DNA of 61,515 nt from Octopus bimaculoides. Taxonomy: Eukaryota. Positions 26,024 to 39,411 of this stretch are shown here, one piece after another. The translations under genes were made by a program, and so were the position numbers. Positions within the stretch are counted from its first letter, which is position 1. Every line of letters begins with the position of its first letter. The DNA lies in the NCBI RefSeq assembly GCF_001194135.2, contig NC_068982.1, positions 173,425,354 to 173,486,868 on the forward strand. Direction: 5' to 3'. The notes under the pieces were generated by a model that was given only the letters and a program-made list of their open reading frames with translations, did no database searches and had not been told where the DNA came from.

Positions 26024-26188
26024 AGACGCTGTGTGGCAAGCAGTTTGCTTCCCAACCACATTGTTTCGGGTTCAATCCCACTGCGTGGCACTTTGGGCAA
26101 ATGTCTCCCACTATAACCTCGGGCCAACCAAAGACTTGAGTGGATTTGGTCGACGGAAACTGGAAGAAGCCCGTCGTATATGTATATA
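26024..26188 (+). mobile_element. SINE family A, 5' half
   Basis: gctgtgtggcaagcagtttgcttcccaaccacattgtttcgggttcaatcccactgcgtggcactttgggcaa...gaagcccgtcgtata. Confidence 0.85.
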
Positions 26189-26271
26189 ACAGAAATGATT
26201 AAGATTCAGCGGAATTAGGTACTTAAGTTGAGGCACCAGGTGATCATGTACATACTTTCTTGCTGTTGTGA

Positions 26272-26606
26272 TTATAACACCTCATTGTAAACTATGTTCC
26301 TTGTTTTCGCTTGTGGAGCATATACAAATAGGTTTTTTGTTGCTGCCCACTCTTGAGCAGCCAACATACAGTTGTCCATGTGAGAAGCAGGGCTCTTCCA
26401 AGAGAAGACCAGCTACAGACAGTGTTTGACCCTGATATTTGTTTATGGACATGGCAAAAGTCACACGAAGGGGGAATTGTAGTCTTCTGAATGTAAAAGG
26501 AATGTCTGCTCCTGATGGAGTAAGAGGAATTCTTGGAATAAAGACGTCATCCCCTTTTGCACATCCAGAAAGAATGGTAGCCTCGATAACTTGTGACATC
26601 ATTTTC
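26272..26606 (-). pseudogene. Helitron Rep/Hel PIF1-family helicase C-terminus
   Basis: VIEATILSGCAKGDDVFIPRIPL...FRRLQFPLRVTFAMSINKYQGQTL...CFSHGQLYVGCSRVGS. After a frameshift it reads LFVYAPQAKTRNIVYNEVL*, with TAA ending at 26272. The upstream part lies in a gap. Confidence 0.9.
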
Positions 26607-27165
26607 NNNNNNNNNNNNNNNNNNNNNNNNNNNNNNNNNNNNNNNNNNNNNNNNNNNNNNNNNNNNNNNNNNNNNNNNNNNNNNNNNNNNNNNNNNNNNN
26701 NNNNNNNNNNNNNNNNNNNNNNNNNNNNNNNNNNNNNNNNNNNNNNNNNNNNNNNNNNNNNNNNNNNNNNNNNNNNNNNNNNNNNNNNNNNNNNNNNNNN
26801 NNNNNNNNNNNNNNNNNNNNNNNNNNNNNNNNNNNNNNNNNNNNNNNNNNNNNNNNNNNNNNNNNNNNNNNNNNNNNNNNNNNNNNNNNNNNNNNNNNNN
26901 NNNNNNNNNNNNNNNNNNNNNNNNNNNNNNNNNNNNNNNNNNNNNNNNNNNNNNNNNNNNNNNNNNNNNNNNNNNNNNNNNNNNNNNNNNNNNNNNNNNN
27001 NNNNNNNNNNNNNNNNNNNNNNNNNNNNNNNNNNNNNNNNNNNNNNNNNNNNNNNNNNNNNNNNNNNNNNNNNNNNNNNNNNNNNNNNNNNNNNNNNNNN
27101 NNNNNNNNNNNNNNNNNNNNNNNNNNNNNNNNNNNNNNNNNNNNNNNNNNNNNNNNNNNNNNNNN

Positions 27166-27504
27166 NTCTCTCTCTGTGAAAGTATCTGTCACTACAGTAT
27201 CGAAATGTGATTGTTTCAGTTAGTGGAATAGTTTCATTTTTAAAGTGAAAGTATTTGACATGAGTGTTTTTGTTTCACTTTTGACACGTAATACTTAAAT
27301 AGTGGAGGAGATATTATGTTGCCGTGTGCTCGAACTCTGCAAGAAGTTAAAAAGTTTTTTTTGACTAAAACACAACTGGAACCTTAAGTAAGGCATGTGT
27401 AAAATTTGAATGAAATTGGTTGCGTAGTTCTCGAATTTTAGGGATTCACACAGACAGACAGACAGACACACATTCTCATTTATATATATATATATATATA
27501 TATA
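27166..27504 (-). mobile_element. Probable Helitron 5' terminal region
   Basis: Reverse strand reads tatatataaatgagaatgtgtgtctgtctgtctg...gagaactacgcaaccaatttcattcaaatttt, resembling 5' ends of microsatellite-bearing Helitrons. Same orientation as the helicase across the gap. Confidence 0.55.
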
Positions 27505-27821
27505 CTTCAGTATATCGAATTGATTTTAGTTTCAATAGGCATTGAGAATGTTTTGTCAGCCGGTCATATGCATGTGAACAGGACTAGAGTAGTTTACGAA
27601 TAGAAAAATATTTCTATCATATATGTGCGTAAGCGTGAATCAGTCAATCAATTAATCTATCTATTTATCTGTGTCTGTCGAAATGTCTGTCTATCTGCCA
27701 GTCTGTCTGTCTGTATGCATGTATGTATGTTCTTACGTATGTATGTATGTATGTATGTATGTATGTATGTATGTATGTATGTATATCTGCTTGTCTGCTT
27801 CTTTGCGCGTGCACATGTGTA

Positions 27822-28345
27822 CGAGGTCTGATCTGTTGCCATAGTAACGAGGCCAAAGGACTTCTAGCTCACATTCGCTGTTTACAGCAGTGTATGGAAG
27901 GAGCATGTGTAGTCTATGATCATCGCATTGACTACGGCAGAGAAAGTTGTCATACCGATACCTGCTCAGAGGCCTACGCAATGTTACAGAAAGTGTATGG
28001 AGTGGAGTGTATGAGCCGCACACAAATGTACCGGTGGTGCAGACGTTTCTAAGACGGCCAAAAAATGAACGTTTTGGGTGACCCGAAACCAGCAGAACTG
28101 AGAAAAATATCGGAGATGTGCGTGCAGCTGTGAGGGGAAATCGTCGATTTATCAGAGGATGTCCAGATTAGTTACGGTTCAGTTCAGGCCATTATCAATG
28201 AATATTTGGGTATGAGATGCGTGTCGGCCAAGTTCGTGCCAAAACTGCTTTCAGCTTACCAAAAAGTCACTTGCGTTTCACAGTTGCACAAGATCCCCTT
28301 GATTGTGTCAAGAACGATGAAAACTTATTGAAAACTTTGCATAGG
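27822..28345 (+). mobile_element. Mariner transposon relic (5' TIR plus HTH region)
   Basis: Starts TA-cgaggtctg. Reads SEAYAMLQKVYGVECMSRTQMYRWCRRF*DG and ISYGSVQAIINEYLGMRCVSAKFVPKLL (WVPHEL-like motif). Confidence 0.85.
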
Positions 28346-29083
28346 CCTCTGAGCAGGTATCTGCAAGCTTTTGGCAAAATTTGATGCTTCTCCTTCTGTT
28401 GTTGGACTACCGTGATGTTTGTTTTAAATAAGAGAGATTATGACTGCGATAAAATAATGAAAATAATATTTACTAAGCAAGTGAGCACTATGAAACAAAG
28501 AAATAATTAGACGTAAAATGTAATAATTATTAGAATTGGGAATCAAATGTGAAAATATAATCAAGGGGCTAGCAGAAAACCGCCCGGGGGTGGTCTTTCT
28601 GCTAGTATATATTATTGGTGAAGATTGCAAGCGTTAGTTATAGTAAAGACACGCTTTAGCAGTTGCAATAGCTAACGTTAATATTTTATTTTATTGATTA
28701 TCGGAGAAATTCACTGATAGCTTGCAACATCAATATTTTCTATCCTCTCATAAGAACAAATAATTTTATCTCTCAGCTAGAGCAACAATTAACAATAGCT
28801 TCAGGCAGTCGCCTACTTCACTCTGATATTTCACTGAAAATACAATCTGCGATTGCAAACTTAGACGAAGTTGTGCACATACATACATACATACATACAT
28901 ACATACATACATACGTACGTACATACGTACATACATACATACATACGTAATACACACACACATACATACATACATGCATACATACAAACGTATTTATACA
29001 TAAAAACATGTCTTTATCCGTCTGTCTGTCTGTGTGTTTCCATCTATTTATATACAAACATATATGTACGTATTTATATATAC

Positions 29084-29127
<44 letters not shown>

Positions 29128-29185
29128 GTGTGTGTGTGTGTGTATGTGTGTGTGTGTGTTTTTATGTGTGCATATGTGCATACAT

Positions 29186-29648
29186 AGACGCAAGAATGAT
29201 TGTAAGGTAGAAAATTTGCTTTCCAATTACTTGGTTCCAGGTTCTGTGCCATTCTGAAGCACCTTGAACAAGTGTCTTCTACTGTAACCTCACACCGACA
29301 AAAGACTTGTGAGTTGATTTGGTAAACAGAAACTGAAAGAAGCCCGTTGTATTTATATATATATTCTTTTATTCTTTTTTCTTTTTACTTGTTTCAGTCC
29401 TTTGACTGCGGCCATAATGGAGCGCCGCCTTTAGTCGAATAAATCGACACCAGGACTTGTAAGCCTAGTACTTATTCTATCGCTCTCTCTTGCCTAACTG
29501 CTAAGTTACGATGACGTAAACACACCAACATTCGTTGTCAACCGATGGTTGGGACACACACAGACACACAAATACATACATACATACATACATACATGCA
29601 CACACACGTACATACATACATACATGAATACATACATACATACATACA

Positions 29649-29696
<48 letters not shown>

Positions 29697-30040
29697 NNNN
29701 NNNNNNNNNNNNNNNNNNNNNNNNNNNNNNNNNNNNNNNNNNNNNNNNNNNNNNNNNNNNNNNNNNNNNNNNNNNNNNNNNNNNNNNNNNNNNNNNNNNN
29801 NNNNNNNNNNNNNNNNNNNNNNNNNNNNNNNNNNNNNNNNNNNNNNNNNNNNNNNNNNNNNNNNNNNNNNNNNNNNNNNNNNNNNNNNNNNNNNNNNNNN
29901 NNNNNNNNNNNNNNNNNNNNNNNNNNNNNNNNNNNNNNNNNNNNNNNNNNNNNNNNNNNNNNNNNNNNNNNNNNNNNNNNNNNNNNNNNNNNNNNNNNNN
30001 NNNNNNNNNNNNNNNNNNNNNNNNNNNNNNNNNNNNNNNN

Positions 30041-30106
<66 letters not shown>

Positions 30107-30310
30107 TGCGTGTTTTTATCTCCTACCACTGCTTGACAACCAATGCTGGTGTTTTTGTGCCCCTTTAAGTTAGCAGTTCGGAAAATGAACCCGATAGGTG
30201 AAACCGTTAGGATAAGTAACAAACTTTAAAAAGTAAGCTGACCAAAATTCTTCAAGGGTTTGCTCCAGCATGGTGCAGTCGAACGACTAAAACATGTAGA
30301 AGAAAAAAAG
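29186..30310. mobile_element. Nested SINE family A: plus-strand copy interrupted by a minus-strand copy
   Basis: Plus head at 29186-29360, minus tail and middle at 29365-29696, a gap, then plus tail at about 30100-30310. Confidence 0.75.
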
Positions 30311-31168
30311 GCAATAATATATATTATTTATTTAAAGGACACAATACATGTCTTTACGTGCTACTTGTAGTTCCATACGTTGGGAAATATCTCAAGCATA
30401 TTCATGAGGCACAAGCCACATATCATAACGACAAAAAAAAATTGAATAAGAGAAGTAACGCGAAAAAACTGAGAAGACAGCATATAGAAAGCGTGAAAGG
30501 TTAAAAAATATACATATTCATCATCATTGCACAATAAAACTGAGGCGTAAAAATATCTGATTATGGGACGCGTAGTATACTAAACGATGAGACAATGAAC
30601 CTAGTCATATATAGTTGAAATTAGAAGACTGTATAAAATGCGTTTTACGTTTTATATAATAGATAACTTCATGGATTGTAAACTGTATTTTCTGTTTATT
30701 GATCGGAGAAAAATGTCCGATAACACATCTAAAATGTAGACATTAACTCCATGAAGGTATCATCAGCAAACACGAATTACATTCCACTAATTTAAAAATT
30801 ATATCATGTGGAAATTCAATGCAATGGAAGTGAGCTGGTCTTACATTAAAAGATGTACGTCTATCGTCGTTAAACGTGCTTAGAGTTTCATCTTGTTTGC
30901 AATAGTGGAGTTATATCACTCGATTTTCAAAATGCATGAACCAGGCTTCTGCAAATTATGAGCCACTATAACAGAAATCGGTTTTAGCATAATGATGAGC
31001 ACCAGGAAAATGTTATTATAATAGAAATGTTATTTTAAAATAATCCCACCATTATTTTGAAAATGACTTATTTTTCGCCAATCATTATGATTGTTATTTT
31101 AAAATATCCTCTGTTCATTACGCCGTGTGTAAAACTGCGACTGTTATTTTAAAATATTCTTTGTTATA

Positions 31169-31383
31169 AGGCGGCGAGATGGCAGACACGTTAGCACGCC
31201 GGGCGAAATGCCAAGTGGTATTTCATCTGTCGTTACATTCTGAGTTCAAATTCCGCCGAAGTCGACTTTGCATTTTATTCTTTCGGGGTCGATAAATTAA
31301 GTACCAGTTGCGTACTGCGTCGATCTAATCGACTGGTCCCCTCCCCCAAAGTTTCCGGTCTTGTGCCTAGAGTAGAAAAGAGA
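31169..31383 (+). mobile_element. SINE family B (tail type 2) with TSD
   Basis: Full head and core. 13-bp TSD attc(t/c)ttgttata at 31156-31168 and 31384-31396, with one mismatch. Confidence 0.9.
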
Positions 31384-32412
31384 ATTCCTTGTTATAATAT
31401 GAATTACGGGGCCTGACATATGTGTAGCTATGATGGGGCAGAACCGGTTCAGCTGTTGTACCTTTATATTCTACACACACTCTGAAATGAAGTTGAAAGT
31501 GGCATGCTTATATGAAGTAACGAAAAAAGTCAGGCATTATAGCTTTATTGAAAAATTTCTATATTTAGTGAGCTAAACTTTAAAATATCAATGAACACTA
31601 ATAGCAAATTACAATAAATTTACATATCGGCAAACACCACCCATTTTTATAAGCAGAATGAGGAAATTTATTATATAAACAAAGACCTCGAGCATCTATC
31701 CACGATTATTAAGCATGTCATAGACATTATCAGCAAGGTGCATTTCCTGTTCATCTTCAGATAGAAACATATTCAATAAGGTTGCTTCATACTCCAAGAA
31801 TATGCTAAGGGAATGAATGCGTGAAAAGCAGATCTGATGAAACTGACTCTGAAAAGAAAACTCAAAAGCAGAAAAAGTTAGGTATGGTTGAGGAAGAGCT
31901 CCACTTTAAGCAGGAATTAGAGAGCCTTTTCAAGTCTTTTCTAACAACTGTTTAATATTATACCACATCGTCCATCCCATCTTCTCTCTCGGAAAAAAAA
32001 ACACGTATGCATGTGCGGGTTATATATATATATGGGTGCGTGTGTGTAAATGTGTGTGCGCGTGCGTGTGTGTACACGTGCGTGTGTGTGTGTGTGTGTG
32101 TAAATACGTTTATATAAGGTGGTAATTTGGCAGAGTGATTAGATTGTCGAATATATTAGTTTGTACTAACCATTCCGGCTCTCTACTTTCTAATCTCAAA
32201 TCCTACCGAGATCAACGCCTTCCGGTTGATGAATGACTATTAGTCTTGTACTGAGACCGATTCTTTTCTTTTTCTCACATTCTTTTTTGTTATCCGATTG
32301 TTGTTTTTTTTGTTTTTTGTTTTTTGTAAGAAACAGGGTGCGGTCAGATCTGGACAGGGATGGGCTCTGTCAATTAACAAAAATACAAGAGCTCGAGATA
32401 ATCCTGTCGAGC

Positions 32413-32676
32413 TGTCCTTCTCTATATATCGGTCAAACGGGACGCCGCTTGGCTGACCGGTTTGCGGAACACCTCCGAGACATCCGACTCGGCAACGACA
32501 CCCCGGTCTCGCGCCATTTTCGCTCTACCGGTCACTCTTTACAACACCTGTTTTTGTTCGGATTGTCCTTGCACAGGGACCATCCGGACTCCCGTCTTCG
32601 CCGTGAGTAGGGATTAATCTTCTCTCTTCACTCCTTTGCGCCACATGGATTCAACTCTCTTCCCCTCTTCATCTAA
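32413..32676 (+). pseudogene. 5'-truncated Penelope-like element: C-terminal half of GIY-YIG endonuclease (third lineage)
   Basis: CPSLYIGQTGRRLADRFAEHLRDIR...PVSRHF...RLRRE*GLIFSLHSFAPHGFN, giving the YIGQT, R..EH and P.GFN motifs. One internal stop. Followed by a pyrimidine-rich 3' region. Confidence 0.9.
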
Positions 32677-33199
32677 CCCTCCTCCTATCTCCTCACTTCC
32701 TCTCACACCTACTTCCTCCCACCCACCTACCTCTCTTTCTTGCTCTGGCACCTACTTCCTCTCTTCACTCCTACCCATATTCTCCCTTCCACTCTCTCTC
32801 TTCATCGTCACCCCTCCCTTGTTACCGTACCCCTACACATTCCAACCTCATCATTCCTATACTTCCTATCCCACCCCACCACATCCCTTAGACCCCCACC
32901 TTTGCTTCTCCACTCTCATCTCTCCCACACCCAACACTACCACACCACACACCACCACACCACACACCACCACACCNNNNNNNNNNNNNNNNNNNNNNNN
33001 NNNNNNNNNNNNNNNNNNNNNNNNNNNNNNNNNNNNNNNNNNNNNNNNNNNNNNNNNNNNNNNNNNNNNNNNNNNNNNNNNNNNNNNNNNNNNNNNNNNN
33101 NNNNNNCATACACGCTCTCACATACAAACGCACGCGCACCTTCGTTTTGGTATCACCACTATATTATTTCCCCTTCTTCCTAGTTCTCCTGTGTGACCC

Positions 33200-33405
33200 C
33201 TCTGTCCGGCATTCGCCATGATAGATCGCTAGCCACTAAACCTTTTTCTATTTTCTCTGATTATTTCGTGTTCTTTTCTGTGTTCCTTTCGAGCGTAGGC
33301 TCGAAACGTAAAAGACTTTCTCACTTCCCGAGCGTTAAACTAATACATCTGTTTGTTGTTTACACACCCGTCTTCGTCTTTTGTTTTTTTTTGCAATTTC
33401 TCACT
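33200..33405 (+). mobile_element. PLE terminal repeat (pLTR) P1
   Basis: Lies 3' of the GIY-YIG fragment, aligns with P3 (45085-45300) and ends in (TA)n. Confidence 0.8.
33286..33316 (+). ncRNA. Hammerhead motif relic with core deleted
   Basis: cctttc-gagcgtaggctcgaaacgtaaaag. Relative to P3 it lacks the 7 nt tgtggaa of the catalytic core. Confidence 0.7.
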
Positions 33406-36400
33406 ATATATATATATTTTTTTTTTCATGTATATGTATATATAAAGATATATATGTGCTTGTGTGTTAGCATGTTTTAATGTATATTACTAAATATATG
33501 CTTATATACATCTTCCTTTTCTTATACTAACATATGTTACACATTTGCGTTTAGTTCTGCTCAAGGCAGTTACAGAAAGTGTTGAGTCAATGACAACACA
33601 ATTTACATTTCGTATTGTATCATTTACCAGTAATTGCTTTGTCTTGCATATAACTGCAAACTTTTTTGCGACCGTTGATATGTTTGCATAAGTACATATC
33701 TTCGCACATGCATAGATGCATATACGCACACACACACACAACTTCCATACATACATAAGTACATCACATACACAGAAAGCGACATCCATTCATCTTTCCT
33801 CACATCCAACAATTCATACATGCATACATACACATATGATGGACAAGCATTAATAATTCTGTAATACATCACAATTAAATGCACCAATCCAGTATTCGAC
33901 TTCCAGAAGATTTGATTCACAATTACTCTATTCTGTTTGCGCCTAAAGAAATGAAAAATAAAATAAAATAAAAGATAAAAATAAAAATTGTAATGTGCTT
34001 GGTATGTACTGTTTCCTTCATACCTTCACGTGTTACATGATATGGCCTAGTGACAGTGGAGTCAGCTCCATCGACACCAGTCATTTTACACATAGTGTTT
34101 ATATAAGTTACGTCTGATCGCTATTGTTTCATTAATAGTAAATGGTCAATGCTCACATTCTGAAGCGGCTGTTTCACAAAACCTTGCTGCATATATGTAA
34201 ATGGAAGCCTTTAGAATTAAATCCGATATGATACCAGCATAGCGATGTCGACGAGACAACAGCGGAGCCTTTCCTCACTCGATTAGTTAGAAATAATAAC
34301 TATTTCCCCGAAAGATCACACATAAAGGGAAGGATATATCTGGATAAAGTAGTGCTAGATGCATATCATCTGAAAAGAAAAAAAATGAATGAATGAATGA
34401 ATGAATGAATGAAATATGGTGACGTTGAAAAGATTTTGATCTTAAGTCTGCTTGATCAGGGCAGCCGTCGAAAAATAATAACAGCAGCAGTGAATATATG
34501 TTGGCTATGAAATATAGCCCAGTTATTTGCCTCCCACAAGAATGGAGTCTATTAGAACAAAAATAGAATACAGGAATGGTAAACGTTCAATGGGAATATA
34601 AGATGGAAGAAATATCGCTAAGAGACTTTTTTGAAGGGGATTATTAAAGGAATGTAAAGAATCAAAGATTGAAAAAAAGAAAGAAAAAAACAAGTAAAAA
34701 AAAAAGAAAAGAAAGAAGAACCGGAACAGAAAGTCGACATCATAACAATGAAGATAGCTATTTAGTCAAAACATTGAAAGCTTCGAATGAGTGCTAAACA
34801 ATTTCGGGATACATGAAAAGGAGTTTCTTACCACATAACTGAAAAGTGTTACTATAAAAGCAATCAAACATCAATGAAATAATGGTGTTCTGTTGTAAGA
34901 TATGCCAGATCTGAGAGAATATCAAGCGAAACTCTGAGGTGGGTCCATTGATTTAACATCGTAAAATAAGACGAAAGGAGAGAGAACTGAATATGGATGG
35001 ATATTAGAATAAACAATTTATAACTAAAGGAGGGAACCGCGCGCCATGCATATTGTAATATTGCTTACTTTGTAATTATAATACGCTTACAGCTCACAAA
35101 TGCTCCGGAAAGACGAATCAACAAAGGAGCGCCATTTGCAATACCTCGATCTACTAACATTTGCAGCGAAATTCATCCAAATTAGATACTGTTACCTTTT
35201 TAATATGTAGTTACCTTTTTAATATGTACCTTTTTAATATGAATAATGTAGTCCTAGATACATCACACAGCTAGATCTCTTTGATTTCATGTTGGTACAG
35301 TCAGGGCTGCCCAGGTTTCTAAATAACACAATTCACAATTTCAAGATGCTAAACAATGTGCTATGCTGTTTCGAGAAGTGTCCAGCCGAGATCACACTTA
35401 CAGTACAATTATTTGTGCATCCTACCTCAGACCTTTAAAAATCCTTCAATTAACCTTTAATAACACTCACCTTTATCTTACCGCTGTTATAATCAGATTT
35501 CTCGTAATTGCCCGCAGCGAAACAGCTACTGTAATATCGATGTGTAATAAATATACAGCTTTGAGATAAATATACTGTCTCTTATACTTATGTACTCAAT
35601 CTCCGTGATATTAGACTCACAGGGACCTTTTCGGTAGTTCGGGATGAGGATTAACAATGCACCCGAATTGTTCATCTTACCCTCTGAAACTGTCAATCAC
35701 AACAACTGAATTCTACATACTAAAATGTAAACAAAAATAATTATGCAAGTTATAATTATTGTTGAGAATTAATAGCTTTCAAGGACATGAAATGACTGTC
35801 TAGTTAGTATCTTTCCACGTGTGTATAGTAAAGTTGTAGACAATTGTTGTTGCTGTTTAACCCCATGCTGTCCACTATTGTACTATGGTTTTTGCATTAA
35901 TCACCAGAAGAAAAAAAACTGCCTGACGATCTTTAAAATTTTAACTTGTTTGTCGTCTTCCAAACAGAATACCTTCAAGTCCAGAGAGTTCCCAGAACCA
36001 ATAATGATTTCTAACATTGCACATGGCCAGGCAGTCTTTTTGTGGTGAGGGTAACGTTAGAATTATAATCAATTGTATAAACCCTGTATTCAACTGGTAC
36101 TTAATTTATTAATCACAGATGAATGAAATATGAAGTCGACCAAGGTGTCATTTGAACTTCGAGCAACTCGATTTACCCGAGGCTTTAGTATTTCCGACAA
36201 TCCTAATAAAGATTTCTAACACAAGGCTAAATATTTTGTAAGCGAGCTACTATCGATTAAATTGATCCGTGTATTTGACCGGTGCATTATTTCATTGATC
36301 GCGAAAGGATGGAAGACGAGTAGGCTCGGTGTGATTTGAACCAAGTAAGTAAATATCTCAAAGTATTTTCTTTGTCTCTACGATTTCTGCCATTTCCCAC

Positions 36401-36581
36401 TGTTTTTAAATAGCTTAATCGAGGAAGTGGAGAATAACAGTCTTGACCCCTTTTTAAGACCTGGGCTGGTGGGTCATGGACAAACTTCTAAGGGCATTGT
36501 GGTGATATTTTTAAGCAGATTAAATTTGTTGCTCACCCCAAGAATGTTCTTTTCGACGAACTTCCACTCTGTTTCCGACTA

Positions 36582-36626
36582 CTAACCCTCACCCTAACCC
36601 TAACCCTAACTCTAACCCTCACCCTC
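36582..36626. repeat. Short interstitial telomere-like (CCCTAA)n tract
   Basis: ctaaccctcaccctaaccctaaccctaactctaaccctcaccctc, about 7 units with variants. Confidence 0.8.
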
Positions 36627-36829
36627 AAGTCCTTGATTGAACTGAAGCAACAAGAGGATAGTTGTGTGGTTTAACGAGTCTGCCTCACAAATACGCAACA
36701 TCGGATTTTGATCCTACTCCATGTACTCTGTGATACTAATGCATCACGGAGTAGTATACATTAATATCCTTACACCCAATTATTATAACCCCCTTTCTAC
36801 TACAGGCACTGGGGGGGGGCAATGATATC

Positions 36830-37252
36830 GACAGTACTCCTCTCCCAGAAACTTTGCGGGAGGGGGATAGTCGATATCATTGACCCCAGTGCTGTACTGG
36901 TACTTATTGTATTGACTCCGAAATGGATGAAAGTCAAAGTCAACCTCAGTGGAATTTGAGCACAGTGTGTAAAGTGGGAGAAAGGCCGCTAAGTAGCTTT
37001 GTCCGGCGTGCTAACGATTCTTATTTCTTTATTGCCCACAAGGGGCTAAACATAGAAGGGACAAACAAGGACAGACAAAAATATTAAGTCGATTACATCG
37101 ACCCCAGTGCGTAACTAGTACTTAATTTATCGACCCCGAAAGGATGAAAATCAAATTCGACCTCGGAAGAATTTGAACTCAGAACATAAAGACTAATAAA
37201 TACTGCTAAGCATTTCTCCCGGCGTGCTAACGAATCCGCCAGCTCGCCGCCA
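36830..37252 (-). mobile_element. Two abutting SINE family B copies
   Basis: An older copy at about 36830-37020 and a well-preserved tail-type-1 copy at 37021-37252 (tatttctttattgcccacaaggggctaaac...gccagctcgccgcc). Confidence 0.85.
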
Positions 37253-39019
37253 TTAATCCAACTATTAAAATAGTAATGACTATGTTACTAACTGATCATG
37301 AGCAATTCTCATATTGAGAAAATCTAACAAATTTGTTGTATTGGAAAGCTGTAGACGATTATCATCAATTTCTTCAGCTGATTGGTGCATATTCTACGAA
37401 GCGTGGAGGGATGAAAGTGAAAATCGATGCTGGCCAGTCTTGAACTCCGGAACATCAAGGGAGTGAATAAACATAAATGTTGTAAGAAGGTAAATTAGTG
37501 CAACTTTCAATTATTTCTGCTTACTCACCGCTAAGAAAACAACAGTTTATTGACACAGAAGAATAACTAGACGACAAAGAAGTGTTGGGAGACCAATTTT
37601 GTGATGGCGTTAGTAGTGATTGATTGAGGTGATTATGAATGTTGGCACTGGTACAACGCCACAGATTTTGGTGGAAACGAAATACTTGATTAATTCAAAC
37701 CAAGTACTTCACATTACTTATTTGAACAGAAGAAGGCTCTGCGTACGTGGTCATTCAACCTCAGATTGCTTCCGCGTGTTTTTTTTTTCTTTTTTCCTTT
37801 ATTAAACGACTTAAGGATAGTGTTAGTCCTAGATACATTATGACTGAAAACACAGATCTGATGAGATGGTTACAAATGTCATAAGTCTCTCTGATTAAAG
37901 GTTTATCTGATTAAAGCTGACATACACCACCAGCAGCAGCAGCAACAACAACAACAGAATAAACCTCACTAAAATGAAGGAAAAACCAAAGTCGATTTTC
38001 AGTAAGATTTTAACTTAATAAAATGATGGTGAAAAATTAGTTCAATTTACTAACTCCGTCGACAACTAACATACAAATGCTACCCTTTTATTTCTTTCTG
38101 CTCTCTCTCCCTTTCTCTCTCTCTCTGTCTTTCTGTCTGTCTGTCTCTCTCCTTCTATCTGTTCTCTCTCTCTCCCTTTCTTTCTCTCTGTGTCTTTCTG
38201 TCTGTCTGTCTCTCTCCTTCTATCTGTTCTCTCTCTCTCCCTTTCTCTCTCTCTCCTTCTATCTGTTCTCTCTCTTTCTCTTTCTCTCTAAATTTCTTCC
38301 TCTTCTTCTCTGACTCTTCTCTTGTCTCTCTGCTTCGTTGTCACCAGAGTTGCTCTTAATCCATCAATGATTCACTGCCAGCTCAGTTTTTTTTTTTTTT
38401 TACAAAGGGACCTAACTAAATACCAAAATGAACGTGTGTTTTGACGCGCGCACGCGTCTTGTTTCTTATTAACTTCAGACCATTCGGAATCGAGCAGACT
38501 GATGATTTAACAGCTCTCCGACCATGACAATCTCCTCTTTCAGTCACATATAATGGACTATATAATAATATCTAATGTGCCATGCCTCATTTACAAATAG
38601 ACGGATTACATCCGAGGTAGATTTTAGCTGCTATTTCTTCTCGCTGAGCGACAACACAGAGGCTTTATGGTTCATATAATGCATTTTATCCGGCGCTGTA
38701 CCGGTTTTTCCATTCACCGCCCTTTGGTGTTGATGATATTAATGGAAAAAAGAGATAGTAGTATTTTTTAATGAGGAAGATGTTGGCGCCAGTAGTGGTT
38801 ATGGTGAGTGTTGTTGATAATGTTGATAGTGACGCACTATGAATAAAATCAGTGAATCGCTATAAAACGAAGACATTAAACGAATAAATACACTTGCTGA
38901 CCCCATAGACACAATCGTTTGTCGCTTTTCGTCTGTTTTTCAAAGTGGAACGAACGGCAAAGAGTAATGCCAGATCGCATATTTCATGGCTGATTAAACG
39001 GATTCACCACGTTGTACAA

Positions 39020-39063
<44 letters not shown>

Positions 39064-39379
39064 CTTTTTTGTATGTATGTATGTATATATCTATGTATGT
39101 ATGTATGTATGCGTCGATGTGTATGTGAATGAGTGTGCGTGCGTGACGTTTATGTTTGTATGTATGAATTTCTTGAAAGAATTTACGAGCGTATTTGAAT
39201 CTATTTCTTTCTTTCTCTCTCATCCCTCTTTCTCTCTGTCTTTCTCTCATCCTTTATCCCTCCCTCTTTCTCTCTCTCTCGCGCGCGCTCTCTCGTTCTC
39301 CCTGTGAANNNNNNNNNNNNNNNNNNNNNNNNNNNNNNNNNNNNNNNNNNNNNNNNNNNNNNNNNNNNNNNNNNNNNNN

Positions 39380-39411
<32 letters not shown>

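Noticed and set aside
31028-31156. Three copies of tgttattttaaaata with 49- and 35-nt spacers (CRISPR-like look)
   Set aside because: Only 15 bp, very AT-rich, with irregular spacers, in a eukaryotic context with no cas genes. More likely old local duplication.
34500-35010. Possible RTE LINE 3' remnants
   Set aside because: Too degenerate to reconstruct a reading frame by eye.
36820-36885. 13-bp inverted repeat caatgatatcgac / gtcgatatcattg
   Set aside because: Lies at the tail of a SINE B copy and is best explained as a small local inversion-duplication of that copy.
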